A stretch of 64,000 nt of DNA, taken from assembly GCA_044222475.1 (NCBI GenBank), contig JBGANF010000036.1, positions 1-64,000 on the forward strand, written 5' to 3'. The notes under the pieces were generated by a model. It was given only the letters and a program-made list of their open reading frames with translations, was not told where the DNA came from and ran no database searches. The DNA is from Polyangiaceae bacterium. GTDB lineage: Bacteria; Myxococcota_A; Polyangia; Polyangiales; Polyangiaceae. The translations under genes were made by a program, and so were the position numbers. Positions 16,476 to 26,238 of this stretch are shown here, piece by piece; position 1 is the first letter of the stretch, and every line of letters starts with the position of its first letter.

Positions 16476-18182
16476 TCAGCGGAAGGGATCGAGCCCGATT
16501 CGCTCGGTGACGGGCCGCTTTCGGGCGACCCCAACGAACAGCGCGACCACGATCGCCACGGTCGCCACCGCGGCCCCCATCTGCACGACCCGAGCGCCAA
16601 CGTGCTCTTCCCAGAGCCGCGCGCACACCGTCAAACCGATCGCTGCGGGCACGCCGCGAAGGAGCGCGCCGTGCGCCGCACGCGACGGCGACGAGCTCCC
16701 GAGCGCGCTCCGCAGCGCGACCGCGATCGCGAACAGGGCCGCGGTCTTGAGCGCGAAGAGCGCGCCAGAGGCGGCGACGGGGGCGCTCCCGGCTCGCCAC
16801 CCGCCGAAGAAGACGAGCGCCACCAGCGCGGACTGGATCCACGCCGCGAGCCACTCCCACGCAGACAGGGCCCGAAGCTGTCGTACCAAAGTGGGATCAC
16901 CGACGAGCGTCGACTCGCGCCCCACGGCCGGGGCGATGCCGTAGAGGAGCGCCGTCGCTGCGAGCGCGAGGTGCACCGGGCTGCGGAACGCCGCGCACGC
17001 GAGCGGTGCGTTTGCGGTCGACGCGACGAGCTCTCCGGCCCCGCGCGAGCCGGTGATGAAGACGGTGCCGAGCGTGATCGCGAGGAGAGGAAGCCCCGTC
17101 GCCAGCGCGGAGAGTGCGCGCGCGACCGGTCGCGTGCCGTCGACCTCGTGGCCGGTGAGTCCGGCGACCACCCGACCGAAGACCACCGCGAGCGCCAGCG
17201 CAGCCGCATCGCACCCGGCGGCGAGCGGCGCAGCCACGGTCGCCGCCAGCGCGAGCGCAGGGAGCGCGTGACGCACGACCGGGCGACCGCCCGGTACGAG
17301 CTCGCGAAGGATCGAGCCGCGCGGCCCCTCGTGCAGGCGGCGCCGGAGCCACGGCACCACGCGACCGGGCGCCGAGGCGCCGAAGAGGACCAAGAGCATC
17401 GCGAGCGCGACGAGGAGCGCCGGCACGAGCAGACGCGACGAGAGCGGCGCCGCGCTCGCCTCGAGGTCGATGACACGAGTCTCCTCGCGTTCGCTTCCGC
17501 CGCGTCGCACGGCGAGCGGGACCGAGAGCGCCGAGGGGGGCGGGGCGAAGTCGCCACGGGTCGTCACGCGAACGCCCGACGCGGCGACGACCACGTCGTC
17601 GACGAGCAGGCCAGCGCGGTCGGCGGCCGATCCCGGTGCGACGCTCTCGACGACGAACGAGTCGGCGCCGTCGCGCAAACGGAGCCCGGCGTTCTCGAGG
17701 AACCGTGCCCCTTCGACGGCGCGCGCATCGAGCTGCGCTCGCGGCGTCGAGGTCGGGTACGCGTCGAGGACGACGTGCGAGACGATGCCGGTCACCGGCG
17801 GCGCTCCCTCGGTCGTGGCGGCGAAGAGGACCTCGGCCGATCCTTCGAACGTCGTGTGAGTCGCGTGGAGACCGGTGCCGCAGAGCTTTCCGAGGACGGT
17901 CTCGTCGACGGCGATCGAGATGCGCTCCGGGGTGATCACGTCGCCGGTGAGCTCCACCTCGAGCGACTCGGGGTCTTCGCCCGGGCGCTCGGCGATCCCG
18001 TGGAGATGCACATGGGCGGGCCGCCCCTGCGCGAAGCCGGCGCCCGCCACCTCGAGCCGATCGCCGAGCTCGATCTCCCGCGGGCTCACGTCCCGGACCG
18101 TCAGCAGCTGAGGCAGCGGGTCACGCGCGCACGCCGCGATCAGGACTGGCCAGAGGATCGAGACGAACCGGAGTCGCCGCAC
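16476..18182 (-). CDS. lipoprotein/IPT-like + PDZ + NuoH-like membrane domain fusion
   Basis: Lipobox LIAAC; VSPREIELGDRLEVAGAGF; VESVAPGSAADRAGL (PDZ); NuoH-like C-terminus (GS....ELV, FRSP, E....SALVALVFFGGW, FALKT..LF). Confidence 0.7.
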   Translation of the reverse strand: MRRLRFVSILWPVLIAACARDPLPQLLTVRDVSPREIELGDRLEVAGAGFAQGRPAHVHLHGIAERPGEDPESLEVELTGDVITPERISIAVDETVLGKLCGTGLHATHTTFEGSAEVLFAATTEGAPPVTGIVSHVVLDAYPTSTPRAQLDARAVEGARFLENAGLRLRDGADSFVVESVAPGSAADRAGLLVDDVVVAASGVRVTTRGDFAPPPSALSVPLAVRRGGSEREETRVIDLEASAAPLSSRLLVPALLVALAMLLVLFGASAPGRVVPWLRRRLHEGPRGSILRELVPGGRPVVRHALPALALAATVAAPLAAGCDAAALALAVVFGRVVAGLTGHEVDGTRPVARALSALATGLPLLAITLGTVFITGSRGAGELVASTANAPLACAAFRSPVHLALAATALLYGIAPAVGRESTLVGDPTLVRQLRALSAWEWLAAWIQSALVALVFFGGWRAGSAPVAASGALFALKTAALFAIAVALRSALGSSSPSRAAHGALLRGVPAAIGLTVCARLWEEHVGARVVQMGAAVATVAIVVALFVGVARKRPVTERIGLDPFR

Positions 18183-18247
18183 CCTTCGACACCTACACGG
18201 GAATACCTCGCCGACGAAATTTGTGGCGGGTTATGCTGCCGCCCCGA

Positions 18248-19332
18248 TGGCGAGCCCGACCTATGCGGTGATCATGGCGGGGGGTGCAGGCACTCGGTTC
18301 TGGCCGGCGTCGCGGACGCTGCGGCCCAAGCAGCTGTTGCCCCTGGGCGGCGGGAGCGAGGCGCTGCTCGCGGCCACCGTGCGCCGTCTGAAGACGCGGA
18401 TCCCTCCCGAGCACATCTACATCGCGACCGGGGCCCACCTCCTCGACGCCACCGCCAAGGTCGTCCCCGAGCTCCCGCGCGCGAACCTCCTCGCGGAGCC
18501 GGTGGCCCGAAACACCGCGCCGTGCATCGGCTGGGCGACCCACGTGATCGCACGCCGCGACCCGGACGCGCTCGTGGCCGTCTTCCCCGCCGACCACTAC
18601 ATCGGCGACGAGCCCGCCTTCCTCCGGTGCGTCGACCAGGCCTTCGACGGTGCGGCCCGCGGCTACATGACGACCGTGGGGATCGTGCCGACCCGCCCAG
18701 AGACCGGCTACGGCTACATCGAGCGCGGCGAGGTCATCGCCGGCGAGCTCCGCAGCGTGCAGCGCTTCGTGGAGAAGCCTTCGCGTGAGCGCGCCGAGAT
18801 CTACCTCGCCGAGGGGAAGTACCTCTGGAACGGTGGGATGTTCTTCTTCCGCGCGCGCCTCATGATGGACGCCATCACCGATCACCTCCCCGACCTCGGG
18901 TTGGGTCTCGCTCAGATCGACGCCGCCGCCACGAGCGGCAACGAAGCCAAGGTCCTCGGCGACGTGTTCCCCACCCTGCCCGCGATCTCGATCGATCACG
19001 GGGTCATGGAGAAGGAGCGCAACCTCGCCGTCGTCCCGGCGTCCTTCGGTTGGAACGACGTCGGGAGCTGGCAGAGCACGTGGGAGCTCTCGACCAAGGA
19101 CGACCGAGGCAACGCCATGCCGGACGACGCAGTCGCCGTCGATGCCGCCGGCAACCTCGTGCACGATCTGCGGACGACCGGAGCCAAGCGCGTCTATGCG
19201 TTCGTCGGCGTCTCCGATCTCGTCCTCGTCGAGACCGACGACGCGGTTCTGCTGTTGCCGCGCGAGCGAGCCCAGGACGTGCGCGCCGTCGTCGACGCAC
19301 TGAAGGCCCGAGGCAAGCCGGAGCTTCTGTGA
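18248..19332 (+). CDS. manC: mannose-1-phosphate guanylyltransferase
   Basis: VIMAGGAGTRFWPASR..PKQLL, EPVARNTAPC, PADHYI, TGYGYIE, FVEKP, WNGGMF, ISIDHGVMEK, WNDVGSW. Confidence 0.95.
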
Positions 19333-20375
19333 AGTCGTACCATCTTGGTACGATCGCCTTCGTTCTCCTCGCCTGCGCGAAGGACAGCGGACGCACCGGC
19401 GTCCCGGCGCCGAGCACCTCCGCCGACGCGCCGATCGACGCTGCGATCGCCGCCCGGACGGCAGACGACGCCGCCGCCGATGCGGCGCCCGAAGCCGAAG
19501 CTCAGGCCGCCGCCGCGGTCCCCGAGGAAGAAGCGGTCGCGACGCTCTACCCGGCCGGCGGCGCCCCCACCGACTGCATGAACCCCGGTCGCGTGCAGTG
19601 CCTCATCGGTCGGCTCTACGCCAAGGACGTCGCCGCGCGCGATCTCGCGCTCGACATGTTCCGCGACTCGGGCGACGTCGCCGGGGTCGAGAAGGCGTTC
19701 ACGATGGACGGCGGCTTCCGCGGATCGATCCAGATCGTCCCCGAGCTCCCGATCGGCAAGTACCGCGATCGACTCGCGTGGGTCGCCCACTCGGCTCACG
19801 ACTTCGAGGACTTCTTCCGCGACCTTCGCGCCGCGGCGGCGGCCGACGCCGGCGCGCCGCGCTACCGATGGCGCGCGGTGACGATCAAGTTCTTCCGTTC
19901 GGTGAACCGCACGACGCCGAGCGCGTACGCCTCGCCGTGGACGTTCTCGTTCAACGTCGACGGCTCGCTTCTCAAGAGCGAGACCGGCGCGCGCGAGACG
20001 CTCTTCCACGAGTTCTTCCACATGAACGACTCGGAGCACGGCGACTGGACGCCGAAACACTTCTCGACCGACTACGACGCGATCTTGAAGAAGTGCGGCG
20101 CGAGCATCTCGTGCCTCGATCCCTACACCCCGAACGACACGCGCGTGATCGGCGGGACGTACTACGCGTTCCAGCAGAACAACGGCGTCCCGGTGCGGGA
20201 GTACGGAGCAGAGCTGGCGCTGAGGTACTACAAGGAGCACCGCGCGCTCCTGCGCCACGAAAAGCCTCCGTTTCCGAAGGCTTTCAAGTGCGGACCCCCG
20301 GAAAACGCGCGATCGTGGAGCGCCTTGGTGACCGAGTTCTTCGGCGGGATCGATCTGATCCCACCGTGCCCGTGA
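19329..20375 (+). CDS. lipoprotein with HEXXH (putative zinc metallopeptidase)
   Basis: GTG start overlaps the manC stop; lipobox LLAC; LFHEFFHMND; downstream E in REYGAE. Confidence 0.65.
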   Translation: MKSYHLGTIAFVLLACAKDSGRTGVPAPSTSADAPIDAAIAARTADDAAADAAPEAEAQAAAAVPEEEAVATLYPAGGAPTDCMNPGRVQCLIGRLYAKDVAARDLALDMFRDSGDVAGVEKAFTMDGGFRGSIQIVPELPIGKYRDRLAWVAHSAHDFEDFFRDLRAAAAADAGAPRYRWRAVTIKFFRSVNRTTPSAYASPWTFSFNVDGSLLKSETGARETLFHEFFHMNDSEHGDWTPKHFSTDYDAILKKCGASISCLDPYTPNDTRVIGGTYYAFQQNNGVPVREYGAELALRYYKEHRALLRHEKPPFPKAFKCGPPENARSWSALVTEFFGGIDLIPPCP

Positions 20376-20457
20376 GTTGACACCTCACGCCTCGCGGCAG
20401 CGTTTCCGCGGGGTTGCACGGACCCAAGGTTGGCGCGAGAGGTGCATCGAAGAAGGT

Positions 20458-20538
20458 ATCGCAAGCGGCCCGGAGGTTCTGGGGCTCGTGAGGGTACCGA
20501 TGAGGTCGTCGGGGTTCGATTCCCCGGCTTGCGATCCA
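20458..20538 (+). ncRNA. tRNA-like element (non-canonical)
   Basis: T arm cgggg-TTCGATT-ccccg; atcgcaagc/gcttgcgat terminal stem followed by CCA; D-like hairpin cccgga-ggt-tctggg; third hairpin ctcgt/atgag with a 10-nt loop. Confidence 0.55.
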
Positions 20539-20566
20539 ATCACCACCATCGGTTAGAGTCGGGGCC

Positions 20567-20923
20567 ATGTTGACCCAGCTCGTGCTGACGTTCCTCGCCC
20601 CGATCCCGGTCGGCCACCGCGTGCAGTTGCTGCAAGTCCAACGCTGGACGTCCCCGCTCTTCGGCGGACCGGCGGCGTGGGAGAACCGCGCCGAGCCGCT
20701 CGTCGTCGATCTCGATACCAACGTCGTCTACGGCGACAGCTACGTGTGCCGCGATCTGATCCCGAGCCCACTCTCCTTCAAACCGAACACCGGCTACCAA
20801 GTGGCGCAGGTGACCGAAGGTCGCGTCACCGGCTGCCTCGTCGGCTCCGACGGCGGTGACACGACGAATCTCCGTACATTCCTCTTCGTCGAGATGAACC
20901 CGCCCGCTGGCGGGTACCGCTGA
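20567..20923 (+). CDS. hypothetical protein
   Basis: 118-aa ORF with coding-like codon usage. Confidence 0.65.
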   Translation: MLTQLVLTFLAPIPVGHRVQLLQVQRWTSPLFGGPAAWENRAEPLVVDLDTNVVYGDSYVCRDLIPSPLSFKPNTGYQVAQVTEGRVTGCLVGSDGGDTTNLRTFLFVEMNPPAGGYR

Positions 20924-21124
20924 GCCCGTCCCCGTCCCCGTCCCTTTCCCCGCCGAAGCGGCACGATGCTCGCGAAACACGAGTGACGCCACGCGCTGGC
21001 TTCCAAGCCAGCTCGCGTCGACTCGTCCTCGCTACGCACAACTTTTCCACAGCGCCCTCCCACGGAAATGCGCGCCGACACTTGTTTCCTCGGCACGCGG
21101 AAGGTAGGACCACCTGTCTTTCCG

Positions 21125-21940
21125 ATGTCAGAAACCGACGAGCCCGAGGCGTTCGACGCCGGTAGCGCGACCTACAAGGTCAGCCTCCCCTCCTTCGAGG
21201 GTCCGCTCGATCTGTTGCTTCACCTCTGCCAGAAGCACGAGCTGAACATCATCGACATCCCCATCGGGTTCATCACCGAGAAGTACCTCGAGTACCTCGC
21301 GGTCCTGCAGATGGTGAACCTCGACGTCGCGAGCGAGTACCTCGTGATGGCGGCCACCCTCGCGCACATCAAATCGAAGATGCTCCTCCCGACGCCGCCG
21401 GCGGGGCAAGACGACGAGCTCCTCGAAGAGGAAGAGGACCCGCGCGAAGCGCTCATCCGCCGGCTGCTCGAGTACCAGAAGTACAAGGAGGCCGCGCAGA
21501 ACCTGGCCGCCCGCGGGATCTCCGGGCGCGACGTGTTCTTCCGGGGCGCGACGATCGAGGCGGAAGAAGCGGCGGGGCTCGCTCCGCTCGCCGAGGTTCC
21601 GCTCTACTCGCTCGTCGAAGCGTTCCAGCGCGTCCTCGAGAAGACCAAGGTCAAGGTCGCCCACGACGTCGTGGCCGACCGGATGTCGATCACCGATCGC
21701 ATCCACGAGCTCGTCGATCTGCTCCGCGAGCGCCAGCGCGTCGAGTTCGAGGAGCTCTTCAAGGACGCCACGTCGCGGTTCGATCTCGTGATCACGTTCC
21801 TCGCGCTCCTCGAGATGAGCAAGCTACGCATCACCCGCCTCTACCAGACGGAGCCGCTCGCGCCGCTCTACGTCGAGGCGACCGGCGTCTCGGCCGAGCT
21901 CCCCGAGCAACTGACCTCCGAAGATCCGACGGCGCCCTGA
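21125..21940 (+). CDS. scpA: segregation and condensation protein A
   Basis: [51 protein letters not shown]. Confidence 0.95.
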   Translation: MSETDEPEAFDAGSATYKVSLPSFEGPLDLLLHLCQKHELNIIDIPIGFITEKYLEYLAVLQMVNLDVASEYLVMAATLAHIKSKMLLPTPPAGQDDELLEEEEDPREALIRRLLEYQKYKEAAQNLAARGISGRDVFFRGATIEAEEAAGLAPLAEVPLYSLVEAFQRVLEKTKVKVAHDVVADRMSITDRIHELVDLLRERQRVEFEELFKDATSRFDLVITFLALLEMSKLRITRLYQTEPLAPLYVEATGVSAELPEQLTSEDPTAP

Positions 21941-21959
21941 AGGGCCGCACTCGATTCAG

Positions 21960-23042
21960 ATGAGCACCATGGCGAAGAAGAAGAAGAACGCGAAACCCGC
22001 GGTAGCCGAGACGACGATCACCGAGACGGCAGCCGTACCCGAGGCGGCGCCGAGCCGACCGGCGAACGACTTCGACATCGAAGCGACCGTCGATCTCCGT
22101 GGCTCCGACCCCGTCCTCCCGACGTTGCTGCGCGACGACGCGACCGACGAACCGGCCGTCGAGTCGGCCGCCGATCCCGAGACGCAACCGCAGACGACCT
22201 CGGAGGAGGTGTCGAAGACGCACCTGCGCGGGCTCGTCGAGGCCCTGGTGTTCGCCGCGGACCATCCGCTGAAGACCGCCGAGATCGCCAAGCTCGCTTC
22301 CGCGCCGTCACGCCAGATCAAGGAGATCCTCGACGAGCTTCGCCTCGAGTACGTCGACCGCGGCGTGCAGCTCGACGAGATCGCCGGAGGGTGGGCCTTC
22401 CGAACGAACGTGCAGTATGCACCTTTCGTCCGCGACCTCACCGGCCTGAAGCCGGTCAAGCTGTCGCGCGCGCAGCTCGAGACGCTCGCGATCGTCGCGT
22501 ACCGCCAACCGGTGACCCGCCCCGAGGTGGACGACATCCGCGGCGTCGACTGCGGCGCGGTCTTGAAGACCCTGCTGGAGCGAGACCTCGTGCGCATCCT
22601 CGGGAAGAAGGACGAGCCCGGGCGGCCGATCCTCTACGGCACCTCGCACGGATTCCTCGAGCTCTTCAGCCTCAAGTCCCTCAAGGACCTGCCGACGCTG
22701 CGCGAGTTCACGGAGCTCAACGAAGACTCGCGCAGGGTCGTCGAGAGCGAGCTCGGCGAGGTCCTGGAGCAGCGGCAGACGGACGCCGGCTTCGAGGAGC
22801 CGCCCCCGGTGGACGATTTGGGAGACCGGCCGACGCTCGAGAGCATCACCAACGATGACGCCCCCGCCGATGCGGAGACGCCCGAGACCGAGGACACCGA
22901 GGCCACCGACGACGAGCCGGCGAAGACTTCTTCGTACGATCCAGCCGACGAGCTCGAGTTCCCCGACGACGAAGACGACGACGACGAAGACGACGAAGAC
23001 GACGAAGAAGACGACGAAGACGACGAGGACGACGAAGAATGA
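21960..23042 (+). CDS. scpB: SMC-Scp complex subunit ScpB with acidic C-terminal tail
   Basis: [51 protein letters not shown]. Confidence 0.95.
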   Translation: MSTMAKKKKNAKPAVAETTITETAAVPEAAPSRPANDFDIEATVDLRGSDPVLPTLLRDDATDEPAVESAADPETQPQTTSEEVSKTHLRGLVEALVFAADHPLKTAEIAKLASAPSRQIKEILDELRLEYVDRGVQLDEIAGGWAFRTNVQYAPFVRDLTGLKPVKLSRAQLETLAIVAYRQPVTRPEVDDIRGVDCGAVLKTLLERDLVRILGKKDEPGRPILYGTSHGFLELFSLKSLKDLPTLREFTELNEDSRRVVESELGEVLEQRQTDAGFEEPPPVDDLGDRPTLESITNDDAPADAETPETEDTEATDDEPAKTSSYDPADELEFPDDEDDDDEDDEDDEEDDEDDEDDEE

Positions 23043-24130
23043 AAGCGCCCACCGTACTCATCCTGACTCTGACCCTCACCGCCGCCCTCGCAGCCTGCGA
23101 GGACAAGAAGACGACCACCGGCACCGCGAGCAGCGCCTCCACGACCGCTGCTTCCGCGTCCGCGAAGCCCGCGTTCGACCCCGCCTCGCTGTCGGCCCTC
23201 GCCGCGCTCCCCAAGAGCATCCCGAGCACCGCCCACCCGGCGAACGACGCGCTCGTCGCGCTCGGCAAGATGCTCTTCTTCGAGGCGCGCTTGTCGAAGA
23301 ACCAGGACATCTCGTGCAACAGCTGCCACAAGCTCGAGAGCTTCGGCGTCGACGGCGAGAAGACGAGCACCGGTCACAAGAAGCAGCTCGGGACGCGCAA
23401 CTCGCCGACGGTGCTCAACTCGGCGATCCAGTTCCGCCAGTTCTGGGACGGACGCGCAGCCGACGTCGAAGAGCAGGCCACCGGGCCGATCGCGAACCCC
23501 GTCGAGATGGCGTCGAGCGAGAAGCTCGTCGTCGCCGTTCTCGGCTCGATGCCCGAGTACGTCGATCAGTTCGCCAAGGCGTTCCCCGGCCAAAAGGATC
23601 CGATCTCCCTCAAGAACATCGGCGTCGCGATCGGCGCGTTCGAGCGCACGTTGCTCGTCCCCTCTCGCTTCGACAAGTACCTCGGCGGAGACAAGACGGC
23701 CCTGACCGACGCGGAGCTCGCGGGCGCCGCGCTCTTCGTCTCCACCGGATGCACCGCGTGCCACAACGGCGCCGGTATCGGCGGCGGCATGTACCAGAAG
23801 GCCGGGCTCGTGAAGCCGTGGCCTTCGGACAAGGACCTCGGTCGCTTCACGGTGACCAAGGACGAAGCCGACAAGATGATGTTCAAGGTGCCGTCGCTCC
23901 GCAACGTCGAGAAGACCGCCCCCTACTTCCACGACGGCGGCACCGCGACGCTCGACGAAGCCGTCAAGATCATGGGCCGCCACCAGCTCGGGCGCGAGCT
24001 CGCCGACGCCGACGTCGCGAGCATCGTCACGTTCCTCAAGACGCTGACGGCGCCCCTCCCGACCGACGTCGCGACTCCACCCGCGCTCCCGAAGAGCACG
24101 CCGAAGACCCCCAAGCCCGATCCGGGCTGA
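23039..24130 (+). CDS. di-heme cytochrome c peroxidase (CCP/MauG family) lipoprotein
   Basis: LGKMLFFEARLS..SCNSCH, RNSPTVLN, QFWDGRA, CTACHNG, FKVPSLRNV..TAPYFHDG. Confidence 0.92.
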   Translation: MKAPTVLILTLTLTAALAACEDKKTTTGTASSASTTAASASAKPAFDPASLSALAALPKSIPSTAHPANDALVALGKMLFFEARLSKNQDISCNSCHKLESFGVDGEKTSTGHKKQLGTRNSPTVLNSAIQFRQFWDGRAADVEEQATGPIANPVEMASSEKLVVAVLGSMPEYVDQFAKAFPGQKDPISLKNIGVAIGAFERTLLVPSRFDKYLGGDKTALTDAELAGAALFVSTGCTACHNGAGIGGGMYQKAGLVKPWPSDKDLGRFTVTKDEADKMMFKVPSLRNVEKTAPYFHDGGTATLDEAVKIMGRHQLGRELADADVASIVTFLKTLTAPLPTDVATPPALPKSTPKTPKPDPG

Positions 24131-24132
24131 CG

Positions 24133-24522
24133 ATGGCCACCGGGCGGGAGCAGGGGTTTCTGCGCTGGCAGTGGGACCACTACGAGCGCGTGCACACGCA
24201 GCGGCTCACGCTCGTCGTTCACCTGCTCACCGTGCCGCTCTTTCTGTGCGGCACGCTCGCGTTGCTGACCGCCCCCTTCGTCGGCTGGCCGAACGCGGTC
24301 GCGGGCCTCGTGACGATCCTCCTGGTCGTGATCGCCCAAGGTCGCACGCACGCGAGGGAGCCCAACCGACCCGAGCCGTTCCTCGGCCCGCACGACGTCG
24401 TGGCTCGTCTCTTCGCCGAGCAGTGGGTGACGTTTCCGCGCTTCGTGTGGTCGGGCCGCTTCGCCGATGCGTGGCGAAAGGCCGGTCACTTCTCGGGCGG
24501 CGGCTCGGCGGGATCCGAGTAG
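24133..24522 (+). CDS. Mpo1/DUF962-like small membrane protein
   Basis: Y...H.....VHLLTVPLF, QGRTH..E..PEPF, EQWVTFPRF. Confidence 0.65.
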   Translation: MATGREQGFLRWQWDHYERVHTQRLTLVVHLLTVPLFLCGTLALLTAPFVGWPNAVAGLVTILLVVIAQGRTHAREPNRPEPFLGPHDVVARLFAEQWVTFPRFVWSGRFADAWRKAGHFSGGGSAGSE

Positions 24523-24830
24523 CTCGCGGCGAGGCTCGCGACCTCGTCGCGGAGCTTCTTGTGGGCGACGATCTTGCGGACGAGCGCCCACAGCTCGGGA
24601 TCGGCAAGGACCTTCATCGGCTCGGGGGCGGCGCCGCGCGCCTTCTTCGGGATCGCCGACTTCCCCTTCGCGCGCAGAGCCTCCATCTGATCGATCCACT
24701 GCTTCGTCGGGAAGAGCTCACCCTTCTCCCACGCCATCACCGTGGCTTGATCGATCCCGAGCGCGGTCGCGAGCTCTTTCGCCGTGCAGGCGAGCTCCTT
24801 GCGCAGCTCCTTGAGATCGTCCGGGCTCAT
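24486..24830 (-). CDS. XRE-family helix-turn-helix protein
   Basis: LKELRKEL..TAKELATALGIDQATVMAWEKGELFP. Confidence 0.85.
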   Translation of the reverse strand: MSPDDLKELRKELACTAKELATALGIDQATVMAWEKGELFPTKQWIDQMEALRAKGKSAIPKKARGAAPEPMKVLADPELWALVRKIVAHKKLRDEVASLAASYSDPAEPPPEK

Positions 24831-24836
24831 GCGCGT

Positions 24837-26225
24837 TCACCCCTCGCTCGTGCCACCCGCGACCGTCATCTTGGCGACGCGGAACGTCGGCGAGACCGTC
24901 GACGTGCGGAAGTCGAGGTCGTTCCCGACGGCGTCGATGCTCTGGAACAGCTGATCGACGTTGAGCGAGATCGTGACCTCGCTCACCGGGTAGGTGAGCT
25001 CGCCGTTTTCGATCCAGAATCCGCCTGCGCCGCGGGAGAAGTCGCCGGTCACCGCGTTGAACCCGAAGCCCATCATCTCGGTGACGTAGAGGCCGCGCTT
25101 CGTCCCCTTCACGATCGCATCGGCGGAGTCGTCCCCAGCCTGGAGGATGAAGTTGGACGTGCTGGGGCCGACGCCACCGCCGCCGCCGCGTGACGCGCTG
25201 GCGGTGCTCTCGCGCCCGAGCTTGCGAGCCGAGTAGCTGTCGCAGAGGTACGTCTTCAGGATGCCCTTTTCGACGACGACGTTGCGACGGCTCGCGAGCC
25301 CTTCGCCGTCGAACGGGCGCGAACCCGGAGCGCGCGGCATCAGCGGGTCGTCGATGACGCCGACGAGATCGCTCGCGACGCGCGTGCCCTCGCGGCCGTG
25401 GAGATAGCTCGACTTCCGCCAGATGCTGCTCCCCATCACGCACCCGGCGAGGAGGCCCAGGATCGACCGCGCGGCGTCGGGATCGAAGACCACCGGCACC
25501 TCGCACGTCGGGACCGTGCGCGCGCCGAGCTTCCGCAAGGTGCGTCGCGCCGCTTCGCGGCCGACGGACTCGGGCGTGTCGAGCTCGTCGAGGAATCGCT
25601 TCGCAGTCCAGTGGTAGCCGCGGCGCTTCTTTCCCCCGACGTCGTCCGCGACGGGCACGACGCTCAGCGACGAGTACGACCCCTTGTAGACTGCACGGAA
25701 TCCGCTCGACAGCACGAGGGCGCCGCCGCCGGCCGTACGGCCGAACGTCGCGCCTTCGCTGTTCGTGATGCGGGCGTCGGCCGCGCGCGCCGCAGCTTCG
25801 CCGCGCTTCGCCAGCTCGATCGCCTGGGCCGCGTCGACGCCGCCGCCCTTCGGATCGTAGAGCTCGAGGTCGGGGACCTTCGACGGATCGCACAGAAGCT
25901 CGGCCTTGGCCGGTCCGGCGAACGGGTCCTCCTGAGAGAGCTCGAGGAGCTCGAGCGCGTCGCCCACGAAGCGCGCGATGCCGTGCTCGGAGAAGTCGCT
26001 CGTGGAGGTCGACGCGACGCGCTGCCCCTTCATCAAGCGAAGGCCCGCGGCGCGGTGGCCGGCCTCTTCGACGAGCTCGGCTTCCCCGAGGCGAACTTTG
26101 GCCGAGAGCTCCGCGCCGGAGCGAAGCGTGCATTCTGCAACGGTCGCGCCGCCGTCCTTGGCGCGTTTCACGATCTGGTCGCCGAGGTCGAGGAGGCGGG
26201 TGAGCTCGTCGTCGAGAGATGCCAT
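24837..26225 (-). CDS. pmbA: TldD/PmbA family protein, PmbA(TldE) type
   Basis: SRPFDGEG, GLYVTEMMG.G.N.VTGDFSRGAGGFWIENGE..YPVSEVTI; no HExxxH motif. Confidence 0.88.
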   Translation of the reverse strand: MASLDDELTRLLDLGDQIVKRAKDGGATVAECTLRSGAELSAKVRLGEAELVEEAGHRAAGLRLMKGQRVASTSTSDFSEHGIARFVGDALELLELSQEDPFAGPAKAELLCDPSKVPDLELYDPKGGGVDAAQAIELAKRGEAAARAADARITNSEGATFGRTAGGGALVLSSGFRAVYKGSYSSLSVVPVADDVGGKKRRGYHWTAKRFLDELDTPESVGREAARRTLRKLGARTVPTCEVPVVFDPDAARSILGLLAGCVMGSSIWRKSSYLHGREGTRVASDLVGVIDDPLMPRAPGSRPFDGEGLASRRNVVVEKGILKTYLCDSYSARKLGRESTASASRGGGGGVGPSTSNFILQAGDDSADAIVKGTKRGLYVTEMMGFGFNAVTGDFSRGAGGFWIENGELTYPVSEVTISLNVDQLFQSIDAVGNDLDFRTSTVSPTFRVAKMTVAGGTSEG

Positions 26226-26238
26226 GGGGTGAGGAACC

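Noticed and set aside
20458..20538. Calling the element a standard tRNA, tRNA-Sec or tmRNA
   Set aside because: No 7-nt anticodon loop, no UCA anticodon or long variable arm, no tmRNA-type Ala acceptor end; kept only as tRNA-like.
20458..20560. tRNA 3' end as a prophage or island attachment site
   Set aside because: No integrase, and I saw no second copy of the 3' end in the window.
22965..23039. GACGACGAA microsatellite as a phase-variation tract
   Set aside because: In-frame triplet-based repeat encoding the ScpB acidic tail.
24837..26225. TldD/E-linked RiPP cluster
   Set aside because: No precursor, YcaO or tldD gene nearby.
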